Made by a program: the position numbers and the translations under genes. The notes under the pieces were generated by a model. It ran no database searches. It saw only the letters and a program-made list of their open reading frames with translations, and was not told where the DNA came from. From Blattamonas nauphoetae (Eukaryota): 49,087 nucleotides of DNA. The stretch is taken from the NCBI GenBank assembly GCA_033064195.1, contig JARBJD010000447.1, positions 1-49,087 on the forward strand. The letters run 5' to 3'. Below are positions 22,601 through 34,370 of this stretch, piece by piece. Each line of letters opens with the position of its first letter. Position 1 is the first letter of the stretch.

Positions 22601-23590
22601 TCAAACGAGAAGAGATCGGAGATGGAGATATCTCAACAGGATGCTTCGCAGTCTGGAGAAGTGATGGCGTGCCATGGAAATTTAGGGATATCAACAACTC
22701 AAATGGATTCGACGCTTTACAGTCTGCTTCACAAAGAACATCGCGAGATTGGGAAACGAGGAGTTGGACAACAAATTGTGAATGGATTGAAACATGTTAC
22801 TCATTGCGGATGGAGTGATATCCTGACTCATCTTTCGTCTCACTGGAGTCTGGTTGATTCAGCTGGGAATGTTGGCATGTATTACCCCTGTAGGTTATCG
22901 GAACCCTGTAGGTTGTGGGAACTCTGTAGGTTGCGAAATGGAACTCTGTAGGTTGTGAAAGGAACTCTGTAGGTTGTTTTGGAACTCTGTAGGTTGTGAC
23001 CCAACATTATGTTCTCGACTCATCCCAGTCCATTACACATCCAAAAGACATCAACGAGATAAAGATAGCCCAGATCGTTCCACTTTCACTCTTACTCTGA
23101 AATACTCCCTTTTCAGCTTTCATTCCTTTCGTATTCTCATTCATTTGCCATATCACCCTCAAAATGCTACTCAATTGTTTGCTAAAATCATACCTGGTCG
23201 TGATCCATGATCAAGACCACAACAACAAAATCAGAGATGGACGAATCAAAAGGACACAATCGTCACTATTCTCTTCTCATTTCGCATATATTCATCTTTT
23301 CTCTTCCTTTTTTCAGAATATTCCACAGATTAACCTGATAGATCGTGAAAAGTGCATTTGATCAAAAGTGTTTGGGAAAGTACATAATTTCCTCCGAACC
23401 GATTTCCAAAAGAAATCAGAAAACGAGGTAACACCTTCAGAGGTTTGTACTTTTCCACAATCCTCCCTCTAGGCATACCTCTCTTTCACGCAGTAGCTGG
23501 ACAACCTACAGGGTTCCGATAACCTACAGGGGTAATACATGCCGGAATGTTCAACTGAAGCTTCAAATGACGTCCAGAGATGCGGAACCA
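19644..23590 (+). pseudogene. Decayed paralog of the receptor pseudokinase at 13321
   Basis: Same MIPLS start and near-identical blocks (SQKMLGCVVSLTSSHLSGSTIRDVNNGGSVLCSNSSFSSLL). In-frame stops at 21009-21011 and 22514-22516, frameshifts, and a MITE inserted in the GNVQLKLQM motif. Confidence 0.85.
22874..23543. mobile_element. 670-bp non-autonomous DNA transposon (MITE) with perfect 43-bp TIRs and 8-bp TSD GGAATGTT
   Basis: TIR GGCATGTATTACCCCTGTAGGTTATCGGAACCCTGTAGGTTGT at 22874-22916 and its reverse complement at 23501-23543. TSD at 22866-22873 and 23544-23551. The empty site GGAATGTTCAACTGAAGCTTCAAATG is present in the intact paralog near 16796. Confidence 0.95.
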
Positions 23591-23829
23591 GACCCTTCAT
23601 TCAGCCACATCACTTTTCCATGTATTTACTTGATTATTCATTGTCTCCACCTCGTTCCGTTTAATTCTCACCCATTTTTTCTTTCGGATCGATGTCCAAT
23701 CACTTGGGTGAGAGTCTGAGTGAAGTCAAAACTGCCTGAGATGACTTCTCTCAAATTTTACTCATATTCTGACAACATTTCGAATAAAAATAGAGAAACA
23801 GAAACATGAGGGAAACGTGTCAAAACATG

Positions 23830-25803
23830 TTAATGATAAGGTAGATTCGTGACAGAAAGGTTGCCCAGCTTCTTGACCAATCGAGTGCTTGGAGTCCGTG
23901 TACCATATGGTCGATTCAGTAGTACTTCATCATCAGATTCTGATTCATTCTCTGTCCGTCTTTGCGGCCTCTTAAATTTGGTGATTTTGCTCAGAATTGA
24001 GTTGATCTCTTCAGGAGATATCGACTCACTGGATGTGTCCGTCTTCATGGCTAGGAGGAGAGCATTACGTCGCTCGACACGACATAGCGTATCGTGTTTT
24101 GTCGGACATTCTGAGACGGGAGTCTGTTCCGGATATGATCTGATCACTCTTGGAGGCGTAGATTTTGGCTTCACAAATTGGACAATTGTCCACAGGTTGA
24201 GAGGAAGACATGCAAATGGCGAAGCGTATACACAGCCATTTTCGACTTTAAAATTCAGAAAATCTTTGATGCGTGGGAGGGTGTACGTCTCAAAGAGTTC
24301 TGTTGACTCAATTTCCACCAAATGGAAACTGTGTGAAGGCGGAATATGTTTCAGTTTGATCTGTGAACGAAAAAAGGCGATAAGTTGTTGAACTGTCGTA
24401 ATTGAGTTGTCAATTTTGGATGATCGGAGACAGCTTGCGAGGACTCCGAAGGCTCCGTCGCAGACGCACTTCCCATGCCCCTCGCAAAAAAAGGCGACTG
24501 ATACCGTGCATTGGGGTAGATAGGCCTGTAATCCAAAGAAAACAAAATGGAGAAAAGAGCCGGAACGAAAATGAGGGCCAGTATCGGACCAAAGATATAG
24601 GTGGGTGAGAGAACGAAAGTCAGACATGAGAAGGAGATCTCTGAAGCAATGGATGACATGTTGTGTGTCATGATTTAGTGTTTTCGAGAGGAAGTGGAAA
24701 TATCGAATTTGGTGGGTTTGATCATCTTGTTTTGTGAACAGTGCAAAACCAAGATGGGATATTTGCTGTTTCTTATAAAAATCTTTGGAATGTTGTTCAG
24801 GGGAGACGCACAGGCGCCAATTTTCTTTGAAATCAAAGACGAGCAGTCCTTGTCCCTTTTGGAGTTGTTCCACTTGAGAATGATACGAGTCTCTTGTTAT
24901 TCTCGCTTGTTCCTTGTGGTCTTCGAGAATTTGTTTCTCTCTTTCTCTCCTTGCGAGAGTTCTCTTCCTTGACTGTGAAGTGATGATTCCTGCCGCTTCA
25001 GTTGATCCAGTCTTCCGCAACGATTGCATATATCCGTCCTCCTTCTTGGTTTTGAGAGATGCTTGCAAAATCGGCGAAATGACGATTTCGAGATTCGATT
25101 TGCTGGATGTTCTTGACAGTACAACTGATGTAGGTTTTTTGAGAATCATTGAGAGTTCGAGCCGACCATTTCCATTTATATCTGTCTGTATTGAATTTTT
25201 GGGGAGATTGTCATGGTCCCTTGATTGTTCTTGTCGGACCGCTTCTTCAACGAATTCAGGTTTTGTTTTTTTTGTTTGTGCTGTACACGATTCCACTGAA
25301 TGTTTGTGAAGGAATGTGTGGACCAGTATCTGTGTTTCCACGGGAATTGAATGTCTGGATTGGTTTTGGATTGGTGATCTTTCTGGTGGGTATAAATTCA
25401 GGCGCTTCAAACGATATGGATGGCGTAGAGTGTTTTGATCTATACCAAATCGGTATTTTTTGAAGTCTTCAAAGGTGAAGACTTGCAGAAGAGCAGTGAG
25501 CAGGAGAACTTTGGAGTGCTTGGACATTGATAAGAATGCGAGACGAAGTTGTTTCATTAGGCTGTCGAAGGATTCTACTTGAAGAGAATAAGAAGTTAGA
25601 AATGACAGAAATAAACCAAGATGTTTGCGACGAAGGGCATCTTCCACTTTCTTTCCTTCTGATGTGTGTTCAATCGTAAACTTGAGTAGGGCCTCCGGGT
25701 TCAGATGATCGAGTTCTTTCGCTCTATTGATGATCTGTCTGGCACGAGCTTGACTTGTTTTACGTGTTACGCGATATTCGGTATTCATTCTGATCAGACC
25801 CAA
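23830..25803 (-). CDS. DDE-type transposase, probably Sola-like, with two compensating frameshifts
   Basis: Motifs VFDFKEN, LWSDTGPHFRS and FFCEGHGKCVCDGAFG. An alternative frame (24897..25124) supplies YCQEHP..ISKSSFRRF..TDICNRC. No TIRs were found by eye and the superfamily call is tentative. Confidence 0.7.
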   Translation of the reverse strand: MGLIRMNTEYRVTRKTSQARARQIINRAKELDHLNPEALLKFTIEHTSEGKKVEDALRRKHLGLFLSFLTSYSLQVESFDSLMKQLRLAFLSMSKHSKVLLLTALLQVFTFEDFKKYRFGIDQNTLRHPYRLKRLNLYPPERSPIQNQSRHSIPVETQILVHTFLHKHSVESCTAQTKKTKPEFVEEAVRQEQSRDHDNLPKNSIQTDINGNGRLELSMILKKPTSVVLSRTSSKSNLEIVISPILQASLKTKKEDGYMQSLRKTGSTEAAGIITSQSRKRTLARREREKQILEDHKEQARITRDSYHSQVEQLQKGQGLLVFDFKENWRLCVSPEQHSKDFYKKQQISHLGFALFTKQDDQTHQIRYFHFLSKTLNHDTQHVIHCFRDLLLMSDFRSLTHLYLWSDTGPHFRSGSFLHFVFFGLQAYLPQCTVSVAFFCEGHGKCVCDGAFGVLASCLRSSKIDNSITTVQQLIAFFRSQIKLKHIPPSHSFHLVEIESTELFETYTLPRIKDFLNFKVENGCVYASPFACLPLNLWTIVQFVKPKSTPPRVIRSYPEQTPVSECPTKHDTLCRVERRNALLLAMKTDTSSESISPEEINSILSKITKFKRPQRRTENESESDDEVLLNRPYGTRTPSTRLVKKLGNLSVTNLPYH

Positions 25804-26072
25804 GTTTTGACATCATCCAGATTCTTGCCCACTTCCCAGTCGCTGTTTGGATCCATTCGCTCATGTTTTGAAGACAGCGGTTTCATCCTCGCTGTTGACG
25901 ACGGAGTGCCATTCTCACTTCTGTTTCCTCCCGTTCCTCTTTTGGCGAGTTTTCAGAAAACAAGAACTCTCAACAAACATAACAATGCACAATTTGTAAC
26001 AAAGTGTGGTGAGTAACATATACAACAGTCGTGATTCGTTCCCATCCTACTGGAGAAGGACGACGCTCAGTG

Positions 26073-27342
26073 TCAGTTACAACTCGATGAACTGCCTGAA
26101 TTCGTCCAATCATACCCCTGTCTCGCCCCATTATCGTAGATACGAGGAGACGAGCTTCGGCTGGTGCAGTTCACAAAGTTGGACGGTAGAACGTTCCTGC
26201 CCTTGTGCTCAAAGTAAATGTCGTGTCCCTGTCTTCCTTTATTGGCGAAGGTGACGTTGGAATAGTATGTATGAACAAGTTCTGAACCTGATGGACGGTC
26301 GACATAAATGCCACCGCCCCTGAAGGCAGTGTTGGCGATAAATTGGCAATTTGTGGCACGGAACGCTTTGTACCCTCCAGCAAGGGAGAGCCCACCTCCA
26401 TCGCGGGTTCCGTTGTTGTTGGCGAAGATCACATCGATAAGAGTGATGTTGGCTTGCGCGGGGATCCAAAGACCAGCTCCGTCAGGGATTGTGTTTCCAG
26501 AAGAGCCGAATCTGAAAGTGGAGTTTGTAATGCTCACATAACTGGTTCTGGGCTTGAAACTGTCGGAGATAGCCACAGTGTTTGTGCAGTTCTCCACAAG
26601 GACGTAATCGAGTGTCACATTGTTCGCTTGAACGGCCGGGAAGATGCCACCGGACAAGGGGCCATCGCAGCAGAAGAAGTGGCAATTGAAGATGTAGGCT
26701 TGTGAGAGCCTGACGTAGCTCTGTTGTGCCCCTTTTGATCCGGTGAACTTCACGTTCTTCAGATTGCAGTGTTTGACGTTCAGATAGTCGACGCTGGGGT
26801 TGCAGATGAAGGGGGTTTCGGATGCAATAGAGAAGTTGCCAGTATCCCATTCAACAACATTGACGGTTGTGCCCAATGAGGAATTGTTCTCCTCGTTGGC
26901 GACGACAAGGGAATTCTTGTGAACGCTGTTTGGTTGGAAGGTATTGGTGATGAAAGAAACCGATCCAGATATAAGTTGAACGACTGGAGTTGTTCGAACG
27001 GAGTATGCATGATGAATGCCTCCAAATTCAATGAAAGACCAATCGGACCCACAACAAATGGGCACCAGTTGGGACGATAATAGTGACGTCGCGCAGGGAG
27101 AGTGTGGTCCTGTTCACAGTGAAGAGTTGCTTGCTTTGGTCTGTGACATTTAAGGTCACTGATGTCGATGGATAAGTCGCTTTAAGATAACGTTCATTCC
27201 TTTCGACGAGGATGTCCGAGCCAACGTATGTTCCCGCTTCTAGTTTAATGGTGGGAAGCTTGTCATCGAGACTTCCAAAATAAGGTGCCAACGGAATAGT
27301 TTCAGAATAAATCGCCTGGAAGACGAGAAGAATGATGGACAT
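26073..27342 (-). CDS. Secreted/surface right-handed beta-helix protein with Pmp-like GG(A/G)(I/L) and FxxN repeats; frameshift near 27062
   Basis: Signal peptide MSIILLVFQAIYS and L.AGTY motif in ORF 27028..27342. Continues in ORF 26073..27065 with FANNNGTRDGGGL, FIANTAFRGGGIY and FANKGRQGHDIY. Confidence 0.65.
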
Positions 27343-28521
27343 CTGAATTGGTTCAAATAAAGGGAATGGATCAGATTTCGGAACTTTTTCTCAGTTTTAC
27401 ATGTCATAATCTCAGTGGATTAATGGCAACCAAATGGACACACTCGAAACATACTCTAATCAGAAAATATTTCTCTCTAGTGATAATTACAATAGTTTTT
27501 TTTTCCACTTTGAGAGAGCGGAAACGTTTTGATCGAAGTGGGGTGATATGATTGGAATATCGCGTCCTTGCGTTGCAGCGATGGATTTGTGTCGACGTGG
27601 GATGGTTCCAGGAGGACAATGACCAGATGATCTATGCCAGTCACGGGAAAACGAAGGAACAGAATGCAGAGTGGGTTGGGAGAGATGGGAGGGTTGGATG
27701 GAAAGTGGATAGTGGAGAGGGGAGTCAAAAGCATGATCGAACTGAAAAATACAGACATTCCTGTGAATCGTGGAGAGAGGACGAGCTGCCTGGTGTGTCG
27801 ATGGAGACGCGAGCGTCTGTCGCCACTTTTCTTTCAAGCGACACGTCAGGGTGTCAGGGAAGAACTCAAACACCCAGAGTCAAAACAGTCCTACGTGTCG
27901 CATGCCGAAATAAGGGTACGGCCGACTCGTCTCCGATCCGACGTTCATTTCGTCCAGTTCGCGGACGGCGTAGTCCTCCTGGTCTTTGTGGAGGAGGGCT
28001 TCTCGTCGATCATCAAATCCTTCCTCCCTCATCTGCGCGGCAAGAATCTGATCCGATGGATCAGTTGATTGGAAACTGTGAACGAGCATCCGTTCAGAGT
28101 CGTCCTCCTGTGGGATGCACTCCGGATCGGTCAGCAGGAACACAAAACTGAAGAAGCGCGAAAGTCTGCGGACATTCTCAGACGTCGTGGTTTCGTCCTG
28201 AATGGCATACAACACAGCCGATCGGATGGAGGTCAGAGGGGGACGAAAGCGACGGTACTATGTGAAAAACTCGGGAGCGAATGTGTCATCGGGAAAAATC
28301 AGAGTGAGTCGGTTGACAGTTTTGTAGAACGAGAAGAGAAGCTGCAAGAGGTGCAGAAGCTCGGGTTCTCGTTGCTGAGTGCAGAGAGTCTCTCGCGGGA
28401 TGATTTCGGTGATCGCGTTGTCCAGTTGTCCAGTGTCGATGGCAGTGTCGATCACTCCTCTCTCCCACTCGGCCTGCTCCCCATCGCCCTCCATGAAGCG
28501 AGTCTGGGTCACAATTCGGGT

Positions 28522-30777
28522 TCAGCAAGCTTCATCAACAAGCACCCTCAAACGTTGTTCCAGTTTCTCCAACACAGCCTGGAGAAGAAGGCTCTGAGCG
28601 TGTTTTCCTGTTCGCTGGAACACTTGAAGGAAGTCGGGGTAGAACATAGCCTGGTTTGTCGTATACGGAAATCGTTGGATCAGGACTTCGAGTGAGATGA
28701 TCCAGTGTTTGAAGATGAAGTCGGAGAGAGGGAGACTCATTGTGGGCTTGCGGGTCTCGCCCAGAACGGTGATGGATTGGGAGAGTGCGTGGAACGGAGT
28801 GGTGGCGTCTTGAGTGGCTGAGGCGAGTTCTGCGAAGAAGTCAAGCACAGCGCTGATCAGAACTGGCGACGTCGATGACAGAAAAAGTGCCAGAATCGGA
28901 GCGAGCGAGAGGGGGTCGGACAGCTGCTGGTTTTGAACAAGTTGCGTGCACTCTCTTACCATGTCCAGTGTTGTCTGGAGTGCTTCCTCAGACGACCACA
29001 ACACATGTCCGCGATGGCTGAACTGTACAGAGCGCTTGTCTGCGAGCACCGAGCCCAGTTCCTTCAGACACTCCACCACCTCTCCCTCCAAACTCCGTTC
29101 CAGCCACTGCAGACGAGCCAGTTCGGAAAAAACGCTCAGCACAAGTTCCGCATTGTTCGTTCTGCGTGCGTGACGGCGAAGGAAAGGCGTGAACCCATCC
29201 ACGAACGTTGGATTGTTCAGGAGAAAGACCTCCGAAAGTGTGTGCTTCGACAGAACGCGCAGAGTGATGAACAACCTTTCGTCTGTCCCAGCCTCTTCCA
29301 GCAACGCCAGAACTGCCTCGCACTGTTCGGGTTGGAGAGTGGCGTTGTCGCTTGGGACCACAGCCAGCTCTGTCAACGCCCGCCATCGGCCTTCCTTCAT
29401 CAACACGAGACGGTTCATGGCTTTCTTGTGCAGTTGCGGAACCTCAACAGTGCGGGGCATGTTCCCAAATCTGTTCGTTTCGAGGGGTGCTCCTGCTTCG
29501 CCCACTTTTGCGAACATGTGGTCGATTTGGATGATTGTGGAGGACGGGATGTCGGGAGCATCCGCGAGAAGGAGGTCCATAAGCGCATCTTCCGTGTAAA
29601 GTGTTGCAATTGGATGAAAAGCTGCACAATCGAGGATATGTTGTCCGATGATTCCAACCAACAGATTCCTCACTCTTTCCGAGTGAATGAGAGAATAAAA
29701 GAGGAGTATTCCAACAGTTGACGATGTGTGGGAGTGATAATGATGCCGACGGTAGGAATCGTCCGTGTTTCCATAAGATTCTTCGATGAAGTCAAAATAA
29801 TGTCCGATCGTCTCTCTGTTCATTTCCTCGTCCTCCAAAAGTGATGAAAGACGATTGTACAGGCCGAAAGGAAGCTTCAATTGGAAATACGCGAAAGAAG
29901 ACATGTTCTCCTGATAAGCGAGGATCACGTCGTGAAGGGTGTTGAATGATTTCGATATATCGGTGGAAAGGACAAATGGGAAGTCTGGGGGAGGAGAAAC
30001 CAAAAGAGATGTGTGTTTGAGTAATGTGGTCACTTCAGCCTTATCCAATTTCGTCAGAAGAGTGAAGGCTTGGATTGCTTCGTCAGCATCATCTCCAGCG
30101 AGTCCAGCACGAAATAAAAGATGAACAAGACATGAATTCATCCACCAATCAATGACTTCTTGATTCTCCTTCGTCATTTCTGGGTAACAATTCATGATTC
30201 GCCAAAATGGCTTCAGCTGGCGGTTCAGGTCCTCTTGATAGTTTTTGCGGTGAGAAAAGCGAGAAGTTGAATCTGAGAGAGAGAAGACTGCGTGTTGAAT
30301 GAAGTCTGAGCACATGAGAGGGTGCCGTTTCACTGTGGATGGAGGGGAGAGGTTGAAAAGATGAAGCAGAAGCAGATCCCCATACCAAGAAGAATAAGGA
30401 TGTCTGTTTGGAGAGTTAACGCACGTTCCCATGCTTTGAGGTAGGATGGTTGATTTAGGGACATGAGGGTGGAGATCCCATGGTTTGAGAAGAAAGACTG
30501 AATCTCCCCTTCGTTCGCTGGTACACGGACAAGGTTGACCCGATAAGGACTTGCAATTGCGGCATTTTGTGTGGTGAGATCGTTTCGTTGAGTCCGATGA
30601 GATCGGCCTGCTTCGATTGAATAACGGAGAAAAGATCAGTTTTGATCCCATAAACCATGCTTGAGATGGTTTCGTGCATGGTAAAGTTGATAAACGATCG
30701 AGAGAGGTCAGATCGTTGTGGTTTGGAGAATGGAGATGGTCCTTTGGCTTGTTCATTTGACTGAGGGATTTTTGCAA
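28522..30777 (-). CDS. Large Leu-rich, probably alpha-solenoid hypothetical protein; gene likely extends in broken frames to about 27700 and 31200
   Basis: 751-aa ORF with helical Leu-rich patterning. Flanking minus-strand ORF fragments (30832..31203, 28258..28512, 27880..28215) have similar composition. Confidence 0.5.
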   Translation of the reverse strand: MQKSLSQMNKPKDHLHSPNHNDLTSLDRLSTLPCTKPSQAWFMGSKLIFSPLFNRSRPISSDSTKRSHHTKCRNCKSLSGQPCPCTSERRGDSVFLLKPWDLHPHVPKSTILPQSMGTCVNSPNRHPYSSWYGDLLLLHLFNLSPPSTVKRHPLMCSDFIQHAVFSLSDSTSRFSHRKNYQEDLNRQLKPFWRIMNCYPEMTKENQEVIDWWMNSCLVHLLFRAGLAGDDADEAIQAFTLLTKLDKAEVTTLLKHTSLLVSPPPDFPFVLSTDISKSFNTLHDVILAYQENMSSFAYFQLKLPFGLYNRLSSLLEDEEMNRETIGHYFDFIEESYGNTDDSYRRHHYHSHTSSTVGILLFYSLIHSERVRNLLVGIIGQHILDCAAFHPIATLYTEDALMDLLLADAPDIPSSTIIQIDHMFAKVGEAGAPLETNRFGNMPRTVEVPQLHKKAMNRLVLMKEGRWRALTELAVVPSDNATLQPEQCEAVLALLEEAGTDERLFITLRVLSKHTLSEVFLLNNPTFVDGFTPFLRRHARRTNNAELVLSVFSELARLQWLERSLEGEVVECLKELGSVLADKRSVQFSHRGHVLWSSEEALQTTLDMVRECTQLVQNQQLSDPLSLAPILALFLSSTSPVLISAVLDFFAELASATQDATTPFHALSQSITVLGETRKPTMSLPLSDFIFKHWIISLEVLIQRFPYTTNQAMFYPDFLQVFQRTGKHAQSLLLQAVLEKLEQRLRVLVDEAC

Positions 30778-31796
30778 GAACAGAGAGTGTGTTAGTGAGG
30801 ATAGAGGGAAAGAGAAGGTTGATGGTTGGGTCTAAGGAGAGCGTGGCATTTTCAGAGAAAGATTCAAGAATCTTCCATATCTGAGAAGATGACGAGAAAG
30901 ATAATTCCATACATGAACATATAGATGCGCTGACTGCTTGGTGACAATGGAGGGAGTGGCCTTCTCCAGAATCGCAAGACACAGACCTGACTTGACGAGC
31001 GTGTTGCAGTTATCGTAACTTGAGCATGCTGTACAAATGGTTGGAGGAAAGCAAGAGACCGAGTGTTGACAAAATCCAGGAAAGGTTGGTCTGTGAAGAA
31101 AGGGTGCGGATGGAATGAAAAGCAACGAGAAAAATACGATTGAAGTCTTAGCTTGAGACGCTGTCAAAAGATTTGACAGGTTCTTGATATCTTCGTATGT
31201 CACAAGGATATCAATCAGGATTTCATCTTCTGGAAGACATTAAAGGGAACATAAGATTGATTTGGAGTTGAATGGGAATGCGAACTAGTGAGGAGTTGCT
31301 GGAGCTGCATGAGTGACTGATTTGATAAACCCCGACTATCCGAAAAAATATCACGAAAGAATGTTTGGAGAGTGTCCTGAAAGAGTCAAATCAGAAAGAA
31401 TACAGGAAATTCAAATATGAAAAAGAGGCAAACAACGGGATCGACATCAAGTAATATGTTTCCGACAGCGCTGTCTCTATCAAGGATTTTTTGATTTTCC
31501 ATTGTGAAAGAATGAGAGGACCGATTTGATCTCTTGTGGTTAGGATCAGAATCTCATGACAAAATGGACTTCTTGATATATCTCGAAGTCAACCTGAAAT
31601 GACAAAAATCGAATAAAAACCGAAAAACACACTTCGATTTGTGAAGTCGCTTGTAAAAGTGAAATTGGGATGCATAACGAATAAATTCAGAAGAAAAGTG
31701 AACGACATGAAACCTTCATGATCAATCATTCAATCCCCTTTCCATCTGAATAACTAGGTCGTTGGGTCGATCTTAATCGAGGAGAAAGTCCAAATC

Positions 31797-32894
31797 TTGT
31801 CAGCCTATTTCAGATCAGAAAATGGTGGACTTGATCCCTTTAACAGTGGCACAAGCATGCAAAATACGACACATCATGACACAAAGGAGTGCAGTTCATC
31901 ATTTAATGACGTTTCACAACCATTGTTTCTTTGTGTACGGCCAGAGACTCTCAAATCATTGAAGCAGCTCACGCCTCTTCTTTGTTCGCTTTTTCGCTAT
32001 ATTGACGATGGAAACGATTACGACGCACAAATATCCACGCAAACATGTGCTATTCTGGAGCGAGTCACGTCTCTTTGTGAAAAAATGTTCAGCAAACGAG
32101 ATTCGCACGTCGAACACTTTCATTCAAAGGGTGGTTCATTTCATCGTTTCACCGAATCGCTTGTGGCACTCCTCCGATGCCCCCACGAGGAGCTAGTGCA
32201 GTCCACTCTTTCTTGTCTGTCCGACCTCTGTCGCGGAGTTGATCGTTCCATTCTCTTCGTTTTTGTGGAAGCAGGGTTGTTCTCTCACCTCCCACAAGAA
32301 TTCTTTCTGCGAAATGAGCATTTTCTTCAAGCACAAGGATTATTTCTGTTTGAAGTCGCATTCTGGGTTCTGACTTGCACTCTCCCAGACACTGCGGATT
32401 GGATCAGCGATTTGTGCCACATTTCGATGGACACGTTTGAGGAAATCTTCGTCGACAAGTTTCTCCGTCCTATCGAACCCTTTCTGGAGCACATATCCAA
32501 GAATCGACGCCGAATTGATGATCCGAACAATCTGTTTACCTTCTTCTATCGGATCGGAGACATCATCACATACTCGCCCTTCCTGGAAGAGATGACTCAG
32601 TTCGTTCTGACTTCTTCGCTCGCTTCTGCCTTCGTCGACGGCCTCGTCTTCTTCGCAGATTACCGCAAGCCAAACCTCCTCCTAAAGCAGTTCTTGTCGG
32701 GAATCAGGTATTGGCCATTCAATGGTTCCATGATTTACATTCGAAGCAAACAGATTTGGGCCACACTGATGGAAGAAGGCTTTGTGGATGAGATTGAAGT
32801 GTTCGTGAACACGAGCAGGGTCAGCATGGGGATCAACTCACCAGACAGTTTGCAGGCAGATTTGGTTTGTGTGTGGGGTGGGAATGTCGAGTAA
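31797..32894 (+). CDS. Hypothetical helical protein of an expanded lineage-specific family (paralog of 33091..34200)
   Basis: Shares FTES, LVQS.LS, FL.PIEPFL..I..NRRR, SPFLE..TQFV, L.EEGF.DE.E and C-terminal GGN with the next ORF. Confidence 0.7.
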   Translation: MSAYFRSENGGLDPFNSGTSMQNTTHHDTKECSSSFNDVSQPLFLCVRPETLKSLKQLTPLLCSLFRYIDDGNDYDAQISTQTCAILERVTSLCEKMFSKRDSHVEHFHSKGGSFHRFTESLVALLRCPHEELVQSTLSCLSDLCRGVDRSILFVFVEAGLFSHLPQEFFLRNEHFLQAQGLFLFEVAFWVLTCTLPDTADWISDLCHISMDTFEEIFVDKFLRPIEPFLEHISKNRRRIDDPNNLFTFFYRIGDIITYSPFLEEMTQFVLTSSLASAFVDGLVFFADYRKPNLLLKQFLSGIRYWPFNGSMIYIRSKQIWATLMEEGFVDEIEVFVNTSRVSMGINSPDSLQADLVCVWGGNVE

Positions 32895-33090
32895 GGTGTT
32901 GTTCTCAGAAAACGTCCATTTCCACAACTGGACTGCCACGTCCTGTTCTCCATTCTCTCTCTAAATCCTTGCGTGAATTATTCTTTTCAACTTCATTGAA
33001 TTTTCGTCAATGCACACCACCATGTCATTCGGTGAGAAATTGTGCCGAGAATCCGTCATTTTGAAAGAGATAGTAAATTGAAGAACTTGT

Positions 33091-34200
33091 TTGTGGTTTG
33101 GATCCGATCACCTATCCATCATTGATTGCCCAATGAGAACAAAGTCCTACTCCAGTCAACAAAGTTCTATCCAATTTATCAACTGCGATGTCCAGGGTGA
33201 TACGACTCCCTTGTTTCTTCTCACTGAACCAGAAACCATCGTCACAGTGAAAGAAGCCTCACCACCATTCCTGTCACTTGTTGGCTTCATCAAGGAAGGA
33301 AATCGTCTGGATGAGAAAGAAACCAAACACGCATGTGCCCTTCTTGAGAGAATCAAACCTCAAAACCAGAACGGCTTCACCTCCGAACACCTTCTCTTCA
33401 AGCTTGTTCCATCGCCCGATGGCTCTTGTTCTGGCTTCACAGAATCAATTTTTCCACTCATCACATTATCCAACGAGAATCTTGTCCAGTCTGCATTGTC
33501 TCTTTTGCACCAAGTTGTGTCGTTTTGCGCTCCACCAACACATTTTGACTTTCTCGCAACAGGATTCTTCAAACTTCTCCCACGATCCTTCTTTGAACAA
33601 GAAATTCATCTCTCCGTCTTTCACTGTGAGTACCTGATTTTAATCGTGACAACTTTCTTTCTCTATTTGTTTCCTCATTCAACAAAAGCGATCCGCAAAG
33701 AAAGGCGACTTTCGATGGAAACCTTCCAACTCACCTTCACCGACCAGTTTCTTCATCCCATCGAACCATTTCTGGACATTCTCTGCAACAATCGTCGCAG
33801 AAGCTGCTATTTTCAGGTTTGTCCCAATATATCAAAGTTGATGGGGGTGATTGTTCAATGTTCACCCTTTCTGGAACAGGTGACCCAGTTCGTGTCGTCT
33901 TCACCTTCGGTTTGTCTGACATACTCCGACAGCCTTCACTTCAGCGAATACGACACTATGTCCTTCCAACTCCTTCGAAATGTGATTGAAGGTGTCAGTG
34001 CATGGCAGGAGGGCTGCCCAACTGTTCAGAAGCGAAGCAGACAGATTCAGGCCAAACTCTGTGAAGAAGGATTCTCGGACGAAACCGAGCTCCACATGCG
34101 ATCCCGCTATAAGAGCAACACCAGATTCCGATTTATCTTACTAGGAGCACATCTTATCCACACTTTTGGTGGGAATGCTTCATTTTCAGCCGAAAGATAG
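33091..34200 (+). CDS. Hypothetical helical protein, tandem paralog of 31797..32894
   Basis: 369-aa ORF with colinear shared motifs (FLHPIEPFLDILCNNRRR, SPFLEQVTQFV, LCEEGFSDETE, FGGN). Confidence 0.7.
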   Translation: MWFGSDHLSIIDCPMRTKSYSSQQSSIQFINCDVQGDTTPLFLLTEPETIVTVKEASPPFLSLVGFIKEGNRLDEKETKHACALLERIKPQNQNGFTSEHLLFKLVPSPDGSCSGFTESIFPLITLSNENLVQSALSLLHQVVSFCAPPTHFDFLATGFFKLLPRSFFEQEIHLSVFHCEYLILIVTTFFLYLFPHSTKAIRKERRLSMETFQLTFTDQFLHPIEPFLDILCNNRRRSCYFQVCPNISKLMGVIVQCSPFLEQVTQFVSSSPSVCLTYSDSLHFSEYDTMSFQLLRNVIEGVSAWQEGCPTVQKRSRQIQAKLCEEGFSDETELHMRSRYKSNTRFRFILLGAHLIHTFGGNASFSAER

Positions 34201-34370
34201 GACCGAGTGTTCTCACGCACTTGGCCGAAAAATGGAACTGAGAAGGGGCGTGCAGGAGGCCCAATCAGCAATGATTGTCGAAGATTTGTGGGGAACTTCG
34301 CACGACGCTGGCAGACTGATTTTTGAGACTTCATTCTCAAATTGACAAAACAATAAGAGATGAATCTCTT

